Shown here in pieces: positions 36,075 through 48,805 of a DNA stretch of 64,000 nucleotides (position 1 is its first letter; every line of letters begins with the position of its first letter). Made by a program: the position numbers and the translations under genes. The DNA is from Hyphochytrium catenoides (lineage: Eukaryota; Protista; Hyphochytriomycota), in contig FLMG01000570.1 of assembly GCA_900088475.1 (NCBI GenBank), positions 1-64,000 on the forward strand, in the 5' to 3' direction. The notes under the pieces are model-generated. The model was not told the origin of the DNA and did not search any database. It saw nothing but the letters and a program-made list of their open reading frames with translations.

Positions 36075-37560
36075 ATGGCACCCCCAGGCAAAGGGGATAG
36101 CGGACATGTCCGGGTAGGTGAATTACCGATATTCTTGCCCCCCACTCTACGGTGATTTCTTTGCTCAGCATCTTGCGTTTCCCGTTGTTCTGCGTCACGA
36201 ACAGCCAAAGTCCTTGGCCGAGAATGAGTTCGTTGATTTACCCGATATGAAAGATGTCAAGCTTTTGGGTGATGGACCCATCAACGAGATCAGTGCATGG
36301 CAAGAGCGGGAAGAAATTGAGGGATTAACCTTGTACGATATCTATAGAAAACCAAGGAAGCAGGTACGTTGAAAGCAAATAGAAGAGGCACCTGTAGAAT
36401 GACCTGATCTAATGATGTTATCTTATTGCAAATGAAGATCAGTGACGATAGAGAAGTGGAGATTGAATGCAGAAAGCTGAACACTGAGCTCACTTGCCCT
36501 GTCTGCCTCGGTATATTGCGAGAGACTATGGTTGTTATGGAGGTACTGCGGCTTTGCTTTATCATCGCGAATGGTAGAGTCTAAATTGCCACTATACGTG
36601 TTAGTGCCTACATCGGTTCTGTTCACAGTGCATCACGAAGTCATTACGAGTCGGCCGAAAGGAGTGCCCATCTTGCCGTATCCATGTTCCGTCTAAGAGA
36701 TCTTTGCGGTAAGTTTGTCTTGGTTTCGGCCTCCTCAGTTGTTCGGCTAGTGATTGCACCATGCTGCTGCAGACCCGATCCGAACTTCGATGCGCTTATT
36801 GCTACCTTGTACCCTAACCTGGAGGCTTACGAACAACAAGAGGAAAAACTGTTTGAAGAGATGAATAAGAGAGCGGTGGTGAATGCATTCGCTCACGCTT
36901 GCAAGAAGGGTCAGGAGCGGCAGTTGGCTAACAGGAGAAAGGTAGGGGCTCCGGGGCAGCAAGTTAGCGTTGCCCAGATTCACCTTAGTTTGCGTCACAG
37001 AGGAGCCTACCCGCTCAGCCGTCGCGTCCTGCTCCCGGAGAGACTGCAAAGTCAAAACAAGGCAACATTGCCGGGACGAAACAGGCGGAGCCTAGCCGTA
37101 CTGCGGAGAAGTCCAAACGTATCAAGAGAGAGGTAAGCTTAGACTAGAACACCTTTCTATCGAAAATGCTGTCTAAAGCTAGACGAACTGGCAGATTGAC
37201 CCTGCCGAAATGATTGATTTCATACTTCGGAAGCATCCCCTCGAGAACCGAGTCAAAAAGCTGGACCGAGAGTTCCTCAGGACCTCAAAACAGATCAGAG
37301 TAAGAAATGGAACGGCGCATGTGGTCGCTAAACCGTTCTGAATGAGGCACTTGCAGGTCGGGCATCTGCTTCGCTTTTTAGGCAAGAAACTGAACCACGA
37401 GAATCATGATGACTTTGAGATTATTATGCTCCTAGGCGGCAAGGGGCTCATCCTGGATACACGCCTGACTATCAGGGAGTTGTCGCAAAATTTCTGGGAT
37501 GATCGAAAGGAAATGGTGCTTCATTACCGATTGCGTCCTGAGGCCCAGATGGCGTCTTAA
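36075..37560 (+). CDS. RING1: RING1-like E3 ubiquitin ligase (PRC1 core; RING plus RAWUL-like C-terminus); multi-exon
   Basis: [10 protein letters not shown], then [44 protein letters not shown]...[21 protein letters not shown]-terminal FLRTS..IRVGHL..FL...LTIREL...W...MVLHY. Confidence 0.9.
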
Positions 37561-38448
37561 CTCAGGACGCAATCGGGTTAACTCCTTGCTACTCTATTTC
37601 CCTGGTCTTTCTCGGCCTCTCCTTCACTTGTTCTGCTACCCCCAATCTCCAAGATTACCTCAACGCACCTCGAGCTATAAATGGCCGGTGTCAATGTAAC
37701 TTTATCCCGCAGCGAGAGACTCTGTTCATATAAGGAGCATGCATTTCAAATCTGTGGTGTACCAAAGAAATGGACATTCAGCACCTAATAAACTTCCCAT
37801 TGTTAGACCCCCGAGCTTTAGAACGCATCAGGGCACAGCTTGCCGAGGGTTGGCGGGAGTGGGCAGCAGATTGAATAGCCCTCTTTGGATCAGAGCAAAG
37901 CGTCTTCCATGGGACTTTTCGCGTTGCCTCATCCCTTGTACTTGACCTTATTGGTCTCTCCTGAGCCGACTGATCTCTTCGACGTGGGTCAGCATTGCCT
38001 CTGTCTCTACGCTGTCAGTCTCTGACTGCCGGCAAACTGAGCGGCAAGCGTCATTGACTCGAGCGCGATCTCCCTAATAGACCTTGGGAAAGCCCTTCTA
38101 CCCAGAAGCCCCACCCACCCTGCAGCTGTAAGTAGGTTGTATTTGACAGAAACCTCTACCACCCACCATTGCGTCCGTTTCAGTAGGCGAGCTTCGTCAC
38201 CGCTTTTATCTGGGTAAGGAAAGGAGCCAAAAGATGCGATTGATGACTCTTCTGACTGCTGCGCGTGGATTTGTCCGCTACCCCGGGCCCGCCGCTGCTT
38301 ATCTGCTAATTATTTCTGGCCTGGGCATCTCCTTCATGGAAAGAAGTGAGTGCTCGACCTGCTGAGGCGACCGAGCAGCTTCTAAATGAACTAGCTTGAA
38401 CTCAAGCAGCTGTTAGGCTTAGAGTGTAAGAAGGAAAAGCCAGCCATC

Positions 38449-41400
38449 ATGAAGAAGGTGAAGGAAGTGCTCAAGAGTCAGGCAGGAACCATCTCGGGAG
38501 CGTTTGGTGTGCCGATACCTGATGAGGCCCCGCCAGATAGCCCTGTCAAGCAGTCGTCTCCTTCAGCCACAGAGCCAACTAGCTTCTCTTTGCCGAGCGA
38601 GTACATTGCAGCACCACAGCACAAGCGCAAGTCTGGTAAGATCCCTCGAAGACAAGTTCCTTCTTTGGCTTGCTGACATGTCCAGCAGTCATGGCGCCTT
38701 TTAAGATCACGGAAGCAGAGAAAGAGACCATGTCACGGAGCTTCAACCCTGCCGTGGTCTCATTCATTCGTGATGATTGGATCATGAAGCAGATGAAGAA
38801 TAGGTAGAACCTTGTTTGGTCCCAGAGTACAAAAAGCGACCTCCTACCCAGAGTCTTCAGCTTTACCATTCTTTTTTGCCTCACTCGTCCAATTCAGACT
38901 TCTGTGGCGTCATGATCTTAGGTTTCTGCGCTCACTAACTGGCTTGTCGCTCGACCCAAAAATCTATAATCTCTTTATTATAGAGAAGCAGAGTTTACAG
39001 AATTCGGGTCTGTTAGGGTGCTCGCAGGCACCTGGAATGTAAACGCCAAACGTCCAGTAGGGCCTCCCGACTGTCCGCTGGATGAATGGCTCAATGATCG
39101 GCTAGATTATCAGCCCGACATTTTCTGCATTGGGTGAGGGAGGCTTACCACTGTCGCCTTCGACCTTCCGCATCAGTCTATGCCTCTCCTGGCAGTCTCT
39201 ATCACTCTGCACATAACCTTTATCTGTTTACCTCCTCCTTTCTTGGACCCTCTTTGGGATACTTCGTAATGCATTTTGTCTCTCTGTTGTTGATATCGGA
39301 CAAAGCTCAGTGGTGGCTTCTTCTCCTAAATGTCCCTGCGGCAAGAGCCTTTTTGCTTACAAACCGACTGATTGAGATCAAATACAATCCTTTTGCCTCT
39401 TTCTTCTTGCCTCCCCATTATTGCGAAGCTTTCAAGAGATAGTGGACTTGAATGCGGCAAATGTGGTTGCGGATGGAAAAAGTAAGGAGAGGTCTCAGCA
39501 GTGGGCAGAGACTCTAGAGAAGGCTCTGAACGTCATGGGCACTGCACGATACCAGCTAGTAAGGCTATCTTTCCCGATTTCTGCTTCTCAACCTTAGTAG
39601 TGTTAGAAAGTGGACATGTAGCATAATTGCTTACTCTGATGTATGCCATTGTCTAGCTTTGCGCTTAAGATAAGCCGGACTACAAAGCATTCATTAAGTT
39701 CTCTGTTTCATCGCGACTAAACCTCCTTTACGTGTAACAGGTGATGGAGAGGCATCTGGTTGGAATTCTTTTATGCGTCTTCGTCCAAACACGCCATATG
39801 GAACATGTCTCAGAAGCAAAGGGCTGCACGGCAGGCGTAGGGGTCATGGGAGTCATGGTAGGAAGGCTCTCTTTTTGGTCTCCTGCTTATGATCCTTCCA
39901 GAGACGTCGGAGTTGGGGGTTCTGCTTCGAAAGAGTCCTCCTGTTTCTGAAGACATTTTGGCCTTACCGCTTTTTTTTTTTCAGGGCAATAAAGGCGGCG
40001 TCTCAATCCGCCTTAATTTCTATGATAGCTCCTTTTGTTTTGTCTGTGCGCACTTGGCTGCCCATCGAGAGAATGTCGCAGCAAGGAACTCAGACTTCGG
40101 CAACATTGTCAGCAAAATCTTTTTAAAGATGAGATGTCTGGTGTTAGGTATATAGGAGTCTGAAGATGTGATGCAGCTTTCCTCTTCCTTTGATGTGGCT
40201 TTCTCTTTACTTTCTTCTTCAGAATACTCATCTGCCAACCATCACATCCTCTTACTCAGCTGCCAACCATCACATCCTCAGACTCTATCTCTTCCTATTT
40301 ACTTTCTGAAGTGGAGTCTTGAGGTCTGAATTTTCCTTTTGTATCACTAGCATGGACGGAAGTTATGGGTTGCTCAATCACGATTATGTCATATGGGTTG
40401 GAGATCTCAATTATAGGATCGTTGAAGGTGAGTCAACAATGCGCAAGACACAGCCAATGGCTTTCGAAAGCGAAGAATGAAGGACAGTATAGAAGGGAAC
40501 AGAAAGTAGTGGGGAACAGTAATAGGTCTAAGAGCAAATGAACTAGAGAAAGAGATGATGGAGGAGGCAGTCAACAGCGCTGTATTCAGTTCTTCGAACG
40601 TAGAGACAAGAGGTTACGGAGAGGAAATTAAGGTGGTCTTTCTCGTTACCTTACCTTATAGACATTCCAGTAGAGGAATGCTTTGAGAAGATTGAAAAGG
40701 GAGACATCGCCTACTTGGCAGCCAGAGATCAGCTCAACATCGAGAGAAAAGCCGGCAATGTCTTTCAAGGTTTTGAAGAGGGCCCTCTTCTCTTTGACCC
40801 GACATATAAGTATCAGTGTGGAACTAACCACTACGACCGGAGGCCGGAGAAGAAGATTAGGGCCCCTGCTTGGTAAGCACATTCTATAGCGTTTTTCAGG
40901 GCAAAGGGGATATATTCCCCACAAAACGTGGGCAAGCGAAGCCCTAAGGTCGCTTATGATATCACATCTCTCTTACCTCAAGTCTGGTCACCTAAATGAG
41001 TGTCTAGGTGTGATCGTGTGCTCTGGCGGGTACGAAGCGCGCCGTCAGAGCTTAAACTATTGACTTATAGAAGAGGAGAGTTAGATATGTCAGATCACAA
41101 GCCGGTCCAGGCTTCCTTTCAGGCTAAGGTGAAAACTAGGATGGGGAGAGGAAAGAGACTTAACTTGCTAAAGTTGCCCTGCCTCTTTGTTAGATAAAAA
41201 TGATCGTCAAAGAGAAGCAGCGGGCCGTATACCAAGAGATCATGCGGCGACTGGACAACTGGGAGAATGAGAATATTCCTAAGGTTAACCTTACCTTCCG
41301 AGCCTGGGACTCTTTCGTCAAGCCATGGCTTTATCCGCCTATCACTTCCCATAATCTTTCGGGAAAGTCCTGTCTTCTGGTCATTGCCAACGCTAACATC

Positions 41401-43202
41401 AGCCTTTAGGTGCACATCCAAAGTAACTTCGTCGGATTGGGAGATGCGAAGTACTTGGACACAGTGTCTTCGTCGCTATGGATTGAGAATGTGGGTCAAG
41501 TTGTGGCACATTTCCGCTTCATTCCAAAGCTGGAAGACAAACAGATATGCAAAGTGAGTTCTGCTCTACCCATGAAGCTGTAGCCGATAACTTGCTCTCT
41601 AGCATCTGTGCGTTAATGCGTTTTGCCTGCCTGGTGTGATCCCACTATTAGCTCTTCTTGGAGATGTTCTTCTGCAGTCTGCGCCCCGCTCCATTCCATA
41701 CAGCCTCTGTCTACGTCGGGTTCCATTCCATGCTGTTAGATGCTCTTTTCGCTGATCAAGTCAGCCTGCCACTTCGCCCCTACTAGTCCTCCTTATTGCC
41801 TTTGTCCGCCCTCTTGGACCCGGTGTTCTTGCTCCACTTTCTTGATGCTTCCTGTTAGTCCTGACCGCCTGAATTCTTATGTACGTTCAGTCCTGGCTCT
41901 CTGTTAGCCCGGCCTTTGGCATGATAATTCCAGGGGAGCGATATGAAATCAAGCTCTCAGCCCACGTAGACACCTCCACGGCGCACCATCTTACAATTGG
42001 TCGGGACACTCTTGATGACATTCTCATTCTTAGGGTCGAGAATGGGAGAGACTATTTCATCACGGCAGCAGCACGCTATCTGAGGTAAGACATGACAAAG
42101 GGAATTTTGGGCAGAAGGAACAGAAGGGACAAGAAAGGGTAGACTATTATATTTAGGAGTCAGAGAAGTAGGATGGAACTAGTATCAAGAACAGTACTAG
42201 CTACGGTAAAAACCGGGTCTTGTCTCTACAGCTCCTGCTTTGGTACGAGTCTGCCCCAGCTGGTGCATATTGAAGGCCCGGTAAGGGCTATAGACTTCAG
42301 CAAAAAAGACACACATCCTCCTTACTCGGAAAGCGGGGTAAGGTTTGCCCTGATCGTGGTGGAACTTGGCACTTCTCAAAGTCCTCACACCTCTTTCCAA
42401 TCCCGACTTATTACCATTGCTCTATATTTAGCGCGTCCAAGCCATCCCGAAGGAGGTGTGGCGGATGGTCGATGCTCTCAATGCCAATGCGCTGGGAGAG
42501 AAATCTCTCTTCCTGGAAGCAGGAACCCCTAAGGAGGTGGAGGCCTTGCGAGATTGTCTCGATAGAGGGACTCCATTTCCTAGCCACAGGTCAGTTTGCT
42601 TTGAGTGCCCTTGATGCTTAGAGTGCCCTTGATGCTGATGCGCATCCCGATTCCCGCGTTTATAGTGGTCCTCAAACTCAGATCGATGAATTCTCACTTC
42701 TAGATTGCTGTTCAAGCTTCATGAACTGCCCTCCACACTTCTGGCTTTGTTCCTCTAACCCTATACTGACCGATAGCGGCCATATTGGCTTCGTTTCCTC
42801 ATTTACTCATATCTTTATTTTCTTCCTAGTCCTCACTCGATGGCTGAAGTCCTCCTGGGGTTCTTGGCCAGTCTTCGCATCCCCGTCGTCACGCCGGACC
42901 TGTCAATCCCGTCAGACCTGGATGCTACCAATATCTCCAACTTCTGTCGACTGCTCCTCGAGAGGCTTCCTCCCGCCCATCGCAATGTTCTACTCTATCT
43001 ACTTTCCTTTCTCCGCGAGGTGCTGAGGCACCGGGCCATCAACCGTTCCTCTCCGGAAAAGCTCGCATTTGTCTTTTCCAAAGTCCTCACAAAGCAACCG
43101 CAGCAGGATAGTGGTGTGGAGTTGGAGGATTCAGAGCTCATTCGCACACGAGCATCAGTGCAGATGATCTTAATGCACTTTCTAACTGTGGCAGCTGTAT
43201 AA
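38449..43202 (+). CDS. INPP5B: Inositol polyphosphate 5-phosphatase INPP5B/OCRL-like (5-phosphatase + ASH + RhoGAP-like); multi-exon, with one frame discordance at about 40120-40351
   Basis: GTWNVN, GFQEIVDL, MGNKGGV, FVCAHLAAH, WVGDLNYRI, PTYKY, PAWCDRVLW, SDHKPV; ASH LDDILILRVENGRDYFI; RhoGAP-like IPKEVWRMVD. Confidence 0.93.
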
Positions 43203-43266
43203 GTATTATAATGGACAAGTCCGGCTATCCAAACACATCACGGGGTGCTGTCTACTAATCTCATAT

Positions 43267-46200
43267 TTACTTGCTGAAAAATATACCAAAGACCACAAAC
43301 CCTATAATCATGGCCAGATTTGCGTAGGGCACGATAGCCTCCATTAGCGCAAGGTGATCTGCTAGGCTCATATAGAAAAAGAATAGAGCGAAAGACAACG
43401 TAAGCTGCTTCCACGGTATTCCCCCGTACTTAGCCAAGAAGCTTTCCGTTGGATCGTCTCCGATGTCCGGTTCTTCATAGTCCTCCTGGAAAAGTTCCTG
43501 CAGATGTTGTCGAGCACGAATCCGCAGGTGATAGGTTAGCGATTAGGAACGGTTAACCGCAGGGCCAACAACTAAGCCAGGGGCGAAGTAGAAGGTACTC
43601 GAAATGCAGCGGAGGGGCGCTTAGGTCCACGAAGAACTGATGTAACCTATTAAGTTTAGACCATACCAAGATTGCCAGAGGCTGATCGATCTGCCTAACT
43701 TTGTCCAATATCTCCTCAATGAGCTCAGGATGGCTCTTACGGAACTCCACAAAATCTTCACGCTCGTAGAACTCTCCAAGGTTTGATACAATGCAGAGAA
43801 GGGCTCTCTGTTTAGGAAATAACCCCGATGAGAGGAGAAAGACCAGGGCAGGAAGATGAAAGAGATGAGCTTTCTCCACATATTTCCTAGCTGAGGGCCG
43901 AACGGGCCATGGCACAGACAATAAGGATCGGGCCAAGAACTGACTACGGACGAGGTAGAGAAGACAAATAATGGAAAGATACAGTAGAAGTCTAGGGGAT
44001 CGCTGGCCTTAAAAACGCTTCTTACGTACCTCTTTTAGAGTCTTTGCATTTATAAAGCCTGCCACTGATGCCATTTCTAGGCAGTTCTCCTTGTTTAGGG
44101 GAATCGCGCTCTCACAAATTGCTACAAATAAGACCGACTCGGTTAGTAAAAGCACGTAGGATCAATAGCTCCATCCCTCTTCCCCAAGAACCAAGAAGGA
44201 ACGTTCGCCCACGTACTACCCTAGTAACTCCCTTGATCATCACAAAACTTACTCTTCAGTCGGAAGATACCATAGCGGTCGGCCGCGACCATGTCATGCA
44301 CCAAGGCCTAAAGGGAGTTACGATATGGGTAAGTAAAAGCTGATAACAGTCGCTACTCAGAATTCATGGCTCATTTACAGTTGCAATTCCTACCTCCTCG
44401 CTTGCTGCAGTCAGGGTCCCTGTGTAGAGGAATAGCAGCATCCGTAGAAACACCGGATACGTATCTGGAACTAGGATCTAAGTAAATAGCCATAAAAAAG
44501 GGAGGAGCTTGAGATTAGACTGGTTAAAAGAGGAAACTGCGCGGTAGTAGCGCAGAGGAGGCTCTTCATGAAGCTCTATTTTGGAGGTATGCAGGACGGG
44601 GCAGAACAGTCAAGAAGACAGGCAAGTCAGACCTCTGTGATTCCTGCGCCTTCGCTCTCTTTCATCCCGCTGTTGAACATCGCCCGGAAGTATTCTGACC
44701 GTAAGACGAGAACTACCTTATGTGCGTAGATGTGCTTGTCCTCTGAGAGTTAATTGCATGAGACAATCTTATTAGGCTTGTCGTCAGATCAACAGTAGGT
44801 GGCAGAACCTGAAGAACTAGCAGAAGGAAACTAGAATCTCGAGGTTTGCATCCTAGGCTGAGTAGATAAAGGGGAATTCAGCTTGTAAAAAGCCCCAAAC
44901 AGAGATACAGAGACTTAGACCAGAACCAAAAGAAGTAAGAGTTTCCTCCTAGCCCGGATAGGATACTCTCTTACCTGCGATAAAGCGTACGTCCGCCCAT
45001 CGATTGTCTCCCAATGCACCTTAATTGGAGCCAGCCGAAGGTACGTGAGAAGATAGGATGTTAGGATAACGAACAAAAAAGAGAATGACGCCAGAAAATG
45101 ACTAGTTAGGGGAAGTGTTTGTAGAGAACCTCCAATGTCGTAGGACAGTGATGACGGCGGTAGGAGGATAGGTCCTGGTTTGCGGTCCAAGCTCACGTCT
45201 CTCATATTTAAAGCCTTGTCACACATAGCTTCTAGTCGTGGAAGCTGGCAGCTTCAATGAACAAAGGAAAGAGCAACTTAGTAGTTCATACCCCGTACTA
45301 AAGGTCAGCATTGGTCAGAGACTCAGGTTAGGATTTAGGGGTGGTGCAAAACGTTTGATTAAGCAAAAGGTGAGCTTACATCTTTGCTGCCCTCTTGAGC
45401 TCGAGAGGTACTGAAGATGCTGGGTCGAGTACCACGGAGCAAATGTTGTCGCTGTAGAGATACTCCAGTAGCAACTCAGCTATCTCATACCTACATGAAT
45501 GACGTCGGCACGCTATAGTGGAGATGTTGACGAGAGGGAGTCGCTAATCGGTTTATAAACGATCAATCAGGAAAAGGGCTGAGAAACAGAAGAAGCCACT
45601 GGTTCAGGAAGGCGTAGGGGCGATAAGTCAAAGTGCCATAAGCAGAATTGAGAGTATAGACCTTATTTCTCCTAAGACTATTTCCGTGAGCCTGCCCGGC
45701 CTCTCTTCCGCCTGAATAAGATCTCTAAGGTAGGGGGAGCGCTTGGATAGAACCTATTAGAAGTAAGAGCAGGTAGAAGAAAAGTTTGGACTATCAGGAT
45801 TTAAATGTCAACAGAGTCATGAGGCTTTCCACGGGTGTCTCAGTCCTGTCGTCTTTCACCTCAAATCGATCATCTCTGCTCTCTAGGTCTTCATGGATCC
45901 CTTACCAGCTTATGTGCCACCAGGGATCTGCCTCCCACAAGCACGAGGACATCGGCGAGAGATTCTCTATCATAGTAGCGTGATGGGAGTTGTGGTACAT
46001 CCTCCTGCGAGAACTGCTGCAAGACACGACTCTGTGCAGCTCGGCAATACTGAAGCCCTCGGCGAAAGTCTTGACCCAGGAATATGCTGGATGTTACGAC
46101 AAAGGTTTGGCTGGCCAAGAAACGGGCAGAGGGCGAAAATTCGGGCTGGTTAGTACAACGCTGACGGGAAGCCTTATGTTTCTAGGATGGATTACGGTAT

Positions 46201-48805
46201 GCATGCAGTTAACGAGAAGTAAGGGAACAGGCCCAGTAATATGAGTCAAGAATGCTCTACCGCCTAGGGCCGAAGAGGAAGACCAAAAGCCAAACTCACC
46301 GTCCACCACAGCAAACGGCTTCAACTTTCTTCTCTCCCACCGCATTAAGGTGCGGAGCGCTAGGCTGAGGAAGGGGCTGGATCAACTCGTGCCCGCCACC
46401 TAGCGCCCCACAGATCCCGTCGCCCCACAGAAGTAGATCTCCAGCGGAGGTAACGGCTGCAGAGTGTAACTCTCCGGCTAAAGTAGGTATGAAGAACGAG
46501 ACGGAAACGAAAAGTTTGAGGCGACGGTCACATATATTAAAAACGTATACAAACCAACCCGCCTGCCCATACTGCCGGTCAAAAAGGACGATAAGTTTAC
46601 CGAGCTCAGAATATTTAAGCACGCACAGCACAATTCAATCAGCGCACGTATCGATAGAGGATCCATAGTCGACCTACCTGCAGCCCCTTTTATGTGTCGC
46701 CCTTGGAGGCACTTAATCAGACGAGGCCGAAGCCAGGGTAGATGGAGAGAGTCAGCCAGTAGTTGACTCTGCTTGGATCCCGAGCGCCCAGAGTTCCGAG
46801 AGCTCACCAGGCTGAATGAAAGACAGAAGAATAAATTGCGCAAAATTTGTTATTCCAACTGTCAATTGTAAAGGACCATACTATTACTCTAAACAGCAGT
46901 TGACGGTGCATCTACACCCGCCACCAAGGTCAAGAGGGACTACATGGAGATGGGACGATTGGAGAGAATAATGCCAAACGCACAAGCTTAGAGGCACTCT
47001 TACCTTCGTTGTCTTAGAGCTCTAAGTTTTCCCTTCATGATGTGATCGCTATGTCCAAGGGCAAAACCTCCATCCCCTCCCCAACTCCAGAGTGAACCAT
47101 CGGCATCTATTGCAAGGGAATGGCGGGAGCCACAAGCTACGCTAGAGAAGCGTACGAATTGCCCGGATCCTGATGTTGGGAGACAAAGAATGCATAAGGC
47201 GATATTAGGTAATAATATCAAGTGGGCAAATGAGATCAAGCGGGTTATCTCCCCGTTTAACCTAAAAGATCTAGAAGTAAAGGGAACCAGCCAGGAGCTG
47301 TCTCTGCCTCCCGCGTTAGCGGGGGGAATAAGAATGCGAATGATTCGAGCAGTTATCTCTATCGCCTCTAACCTTGATGTCTAACCACAACTTCCGCGGG
47401 GAGGTTGCAGTCATCTCCATATCCGGTTCCGAGCTGGCCGTTGATCCCCCTCCCCCAAGCGTACAGTCGTCCATCGTCGTCCAGAGCGAGACTGTGAGCC
47501 TCGCCACACTCTACCTGAAGTGCTTATCAATAGAGGGCTAATCCACGGGGAGAATGTAATGAAAGAGGGAGCCCCCGGATTTTGGGGCAGGGGAGCCGGG
47601 CCAGACGCAGCGCCGGAGCTCAGGAAGCCAACCCAGACCGGATAACAGATTTAACGCTAAAATAGACGTAGTACAAGAACAATCAAAGACAGTATGCGGG
47701 AGAAGCTGGCTACGGCACCTGAGTGAATCTTTTGCCGGACAAGTTCAAGACCCGACCAGGACGAAGCTTAAAACGCGGGTATTGTTTTCTGTGGTTGTTT
47801 CTCCAGGTCGGCTGAGTTATCAGTGGCGGACTGCCTTGGCCTAGAACGTCAGATTCGTCAGACTCCACCAGGTAGTAAGAGCGGCGTGGGTTACCATGCA
47901 TGTCCCCCCATCAATAGATATAAGCCAAACTACTGAAGGATGTGCAAGTCGAAGGACATGATTTTGAATATGAAGACGCTCAGGTAGAAGTGCGATAAGA
48001 TGAAGAAGGAGGTGTCTTTAGAGCCGTGCGAAGTCAAAGTGTAAAATGGACGAGACCTAGTCTTCCAGTTGCCCATCGGCCCCATGAATAAAGTTTGCCC
48101 TTCTCCGTCAGGGCCACCGAAAAGCCAGCACCACATGCCACAGTGCGGCACCGACGGCGAGCTAGTGCGCCATGAACTGGTTGAGGCAACCACTCCGATC
48201 GCCCACGGCCGGTGCCCAATGCCCCTCCAGCACCCCAGCAATAGACCTACATAATCAATATCTAAGTAACNNNNNNNNNNNNNNNNNNNNNNNNNNNNNN
48301 NNNNNNNNNNNNNNNNNTCCCATCGCCACCCCCCATCTGACCTTGCCACTTTGCGAAACCACGGCGGTATGACATCCCGCACCATCCCCTCCGGCAGCCA
48401 CATGACTGAGGAGTATCGGTTCCGACTCCTGGCTCGTAAACCACTCCACCAACCGCCAAGCATTTTCAGACTGGGCGGAACCGTGCCCAAGGGCACCGTC
48501 TTCTCCTCTTCCGCATGTGTACGCCAAGCCCAAATCAGAAAGTAGAATCTGCCCAAAGAATGGGTATTGGTTAGCCCTTTGCTGCAGCCTTGCAGGATTA
48601 CCTTAGCAACGACAACTCACACTGTGGTGGGGACTGGATGATACGAGAACAACACGNNNNNNNNNNNNNNNNNNNNNNNNNNNNNNNNNNNNNNNNNNAC
48701 CAACACCTTTGGTGAGGAGCAATTTATTCTCTCTCCAGTTCCCAAAGCCCCTTCGTCTCCTTTTCCCCATGCGTAGGCCTCCACAAACTGAGGATCGTCG
48801 CCCAT
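43267..48805 (-). CDS. RCC1-repeat protein with two BTB domains and a C-terminal hydrophobic (TM) tail; multi-exon, spans N-gaps
   Basis: RCC1 repeats (YAWGKGDEGALG, YTCGRGEDGALGHG, VACGAGFSVALTEKGKLYSWG, VACGSRHSLA). BTB1 LADVLVLVGGRSLVAHKLVLSKRSPYL and BTB2 WADVRFIAEDKHIYAHKVVLVLRSEYFRAMF. The C-terminus is hydrophobic. Confidence 0.88.
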
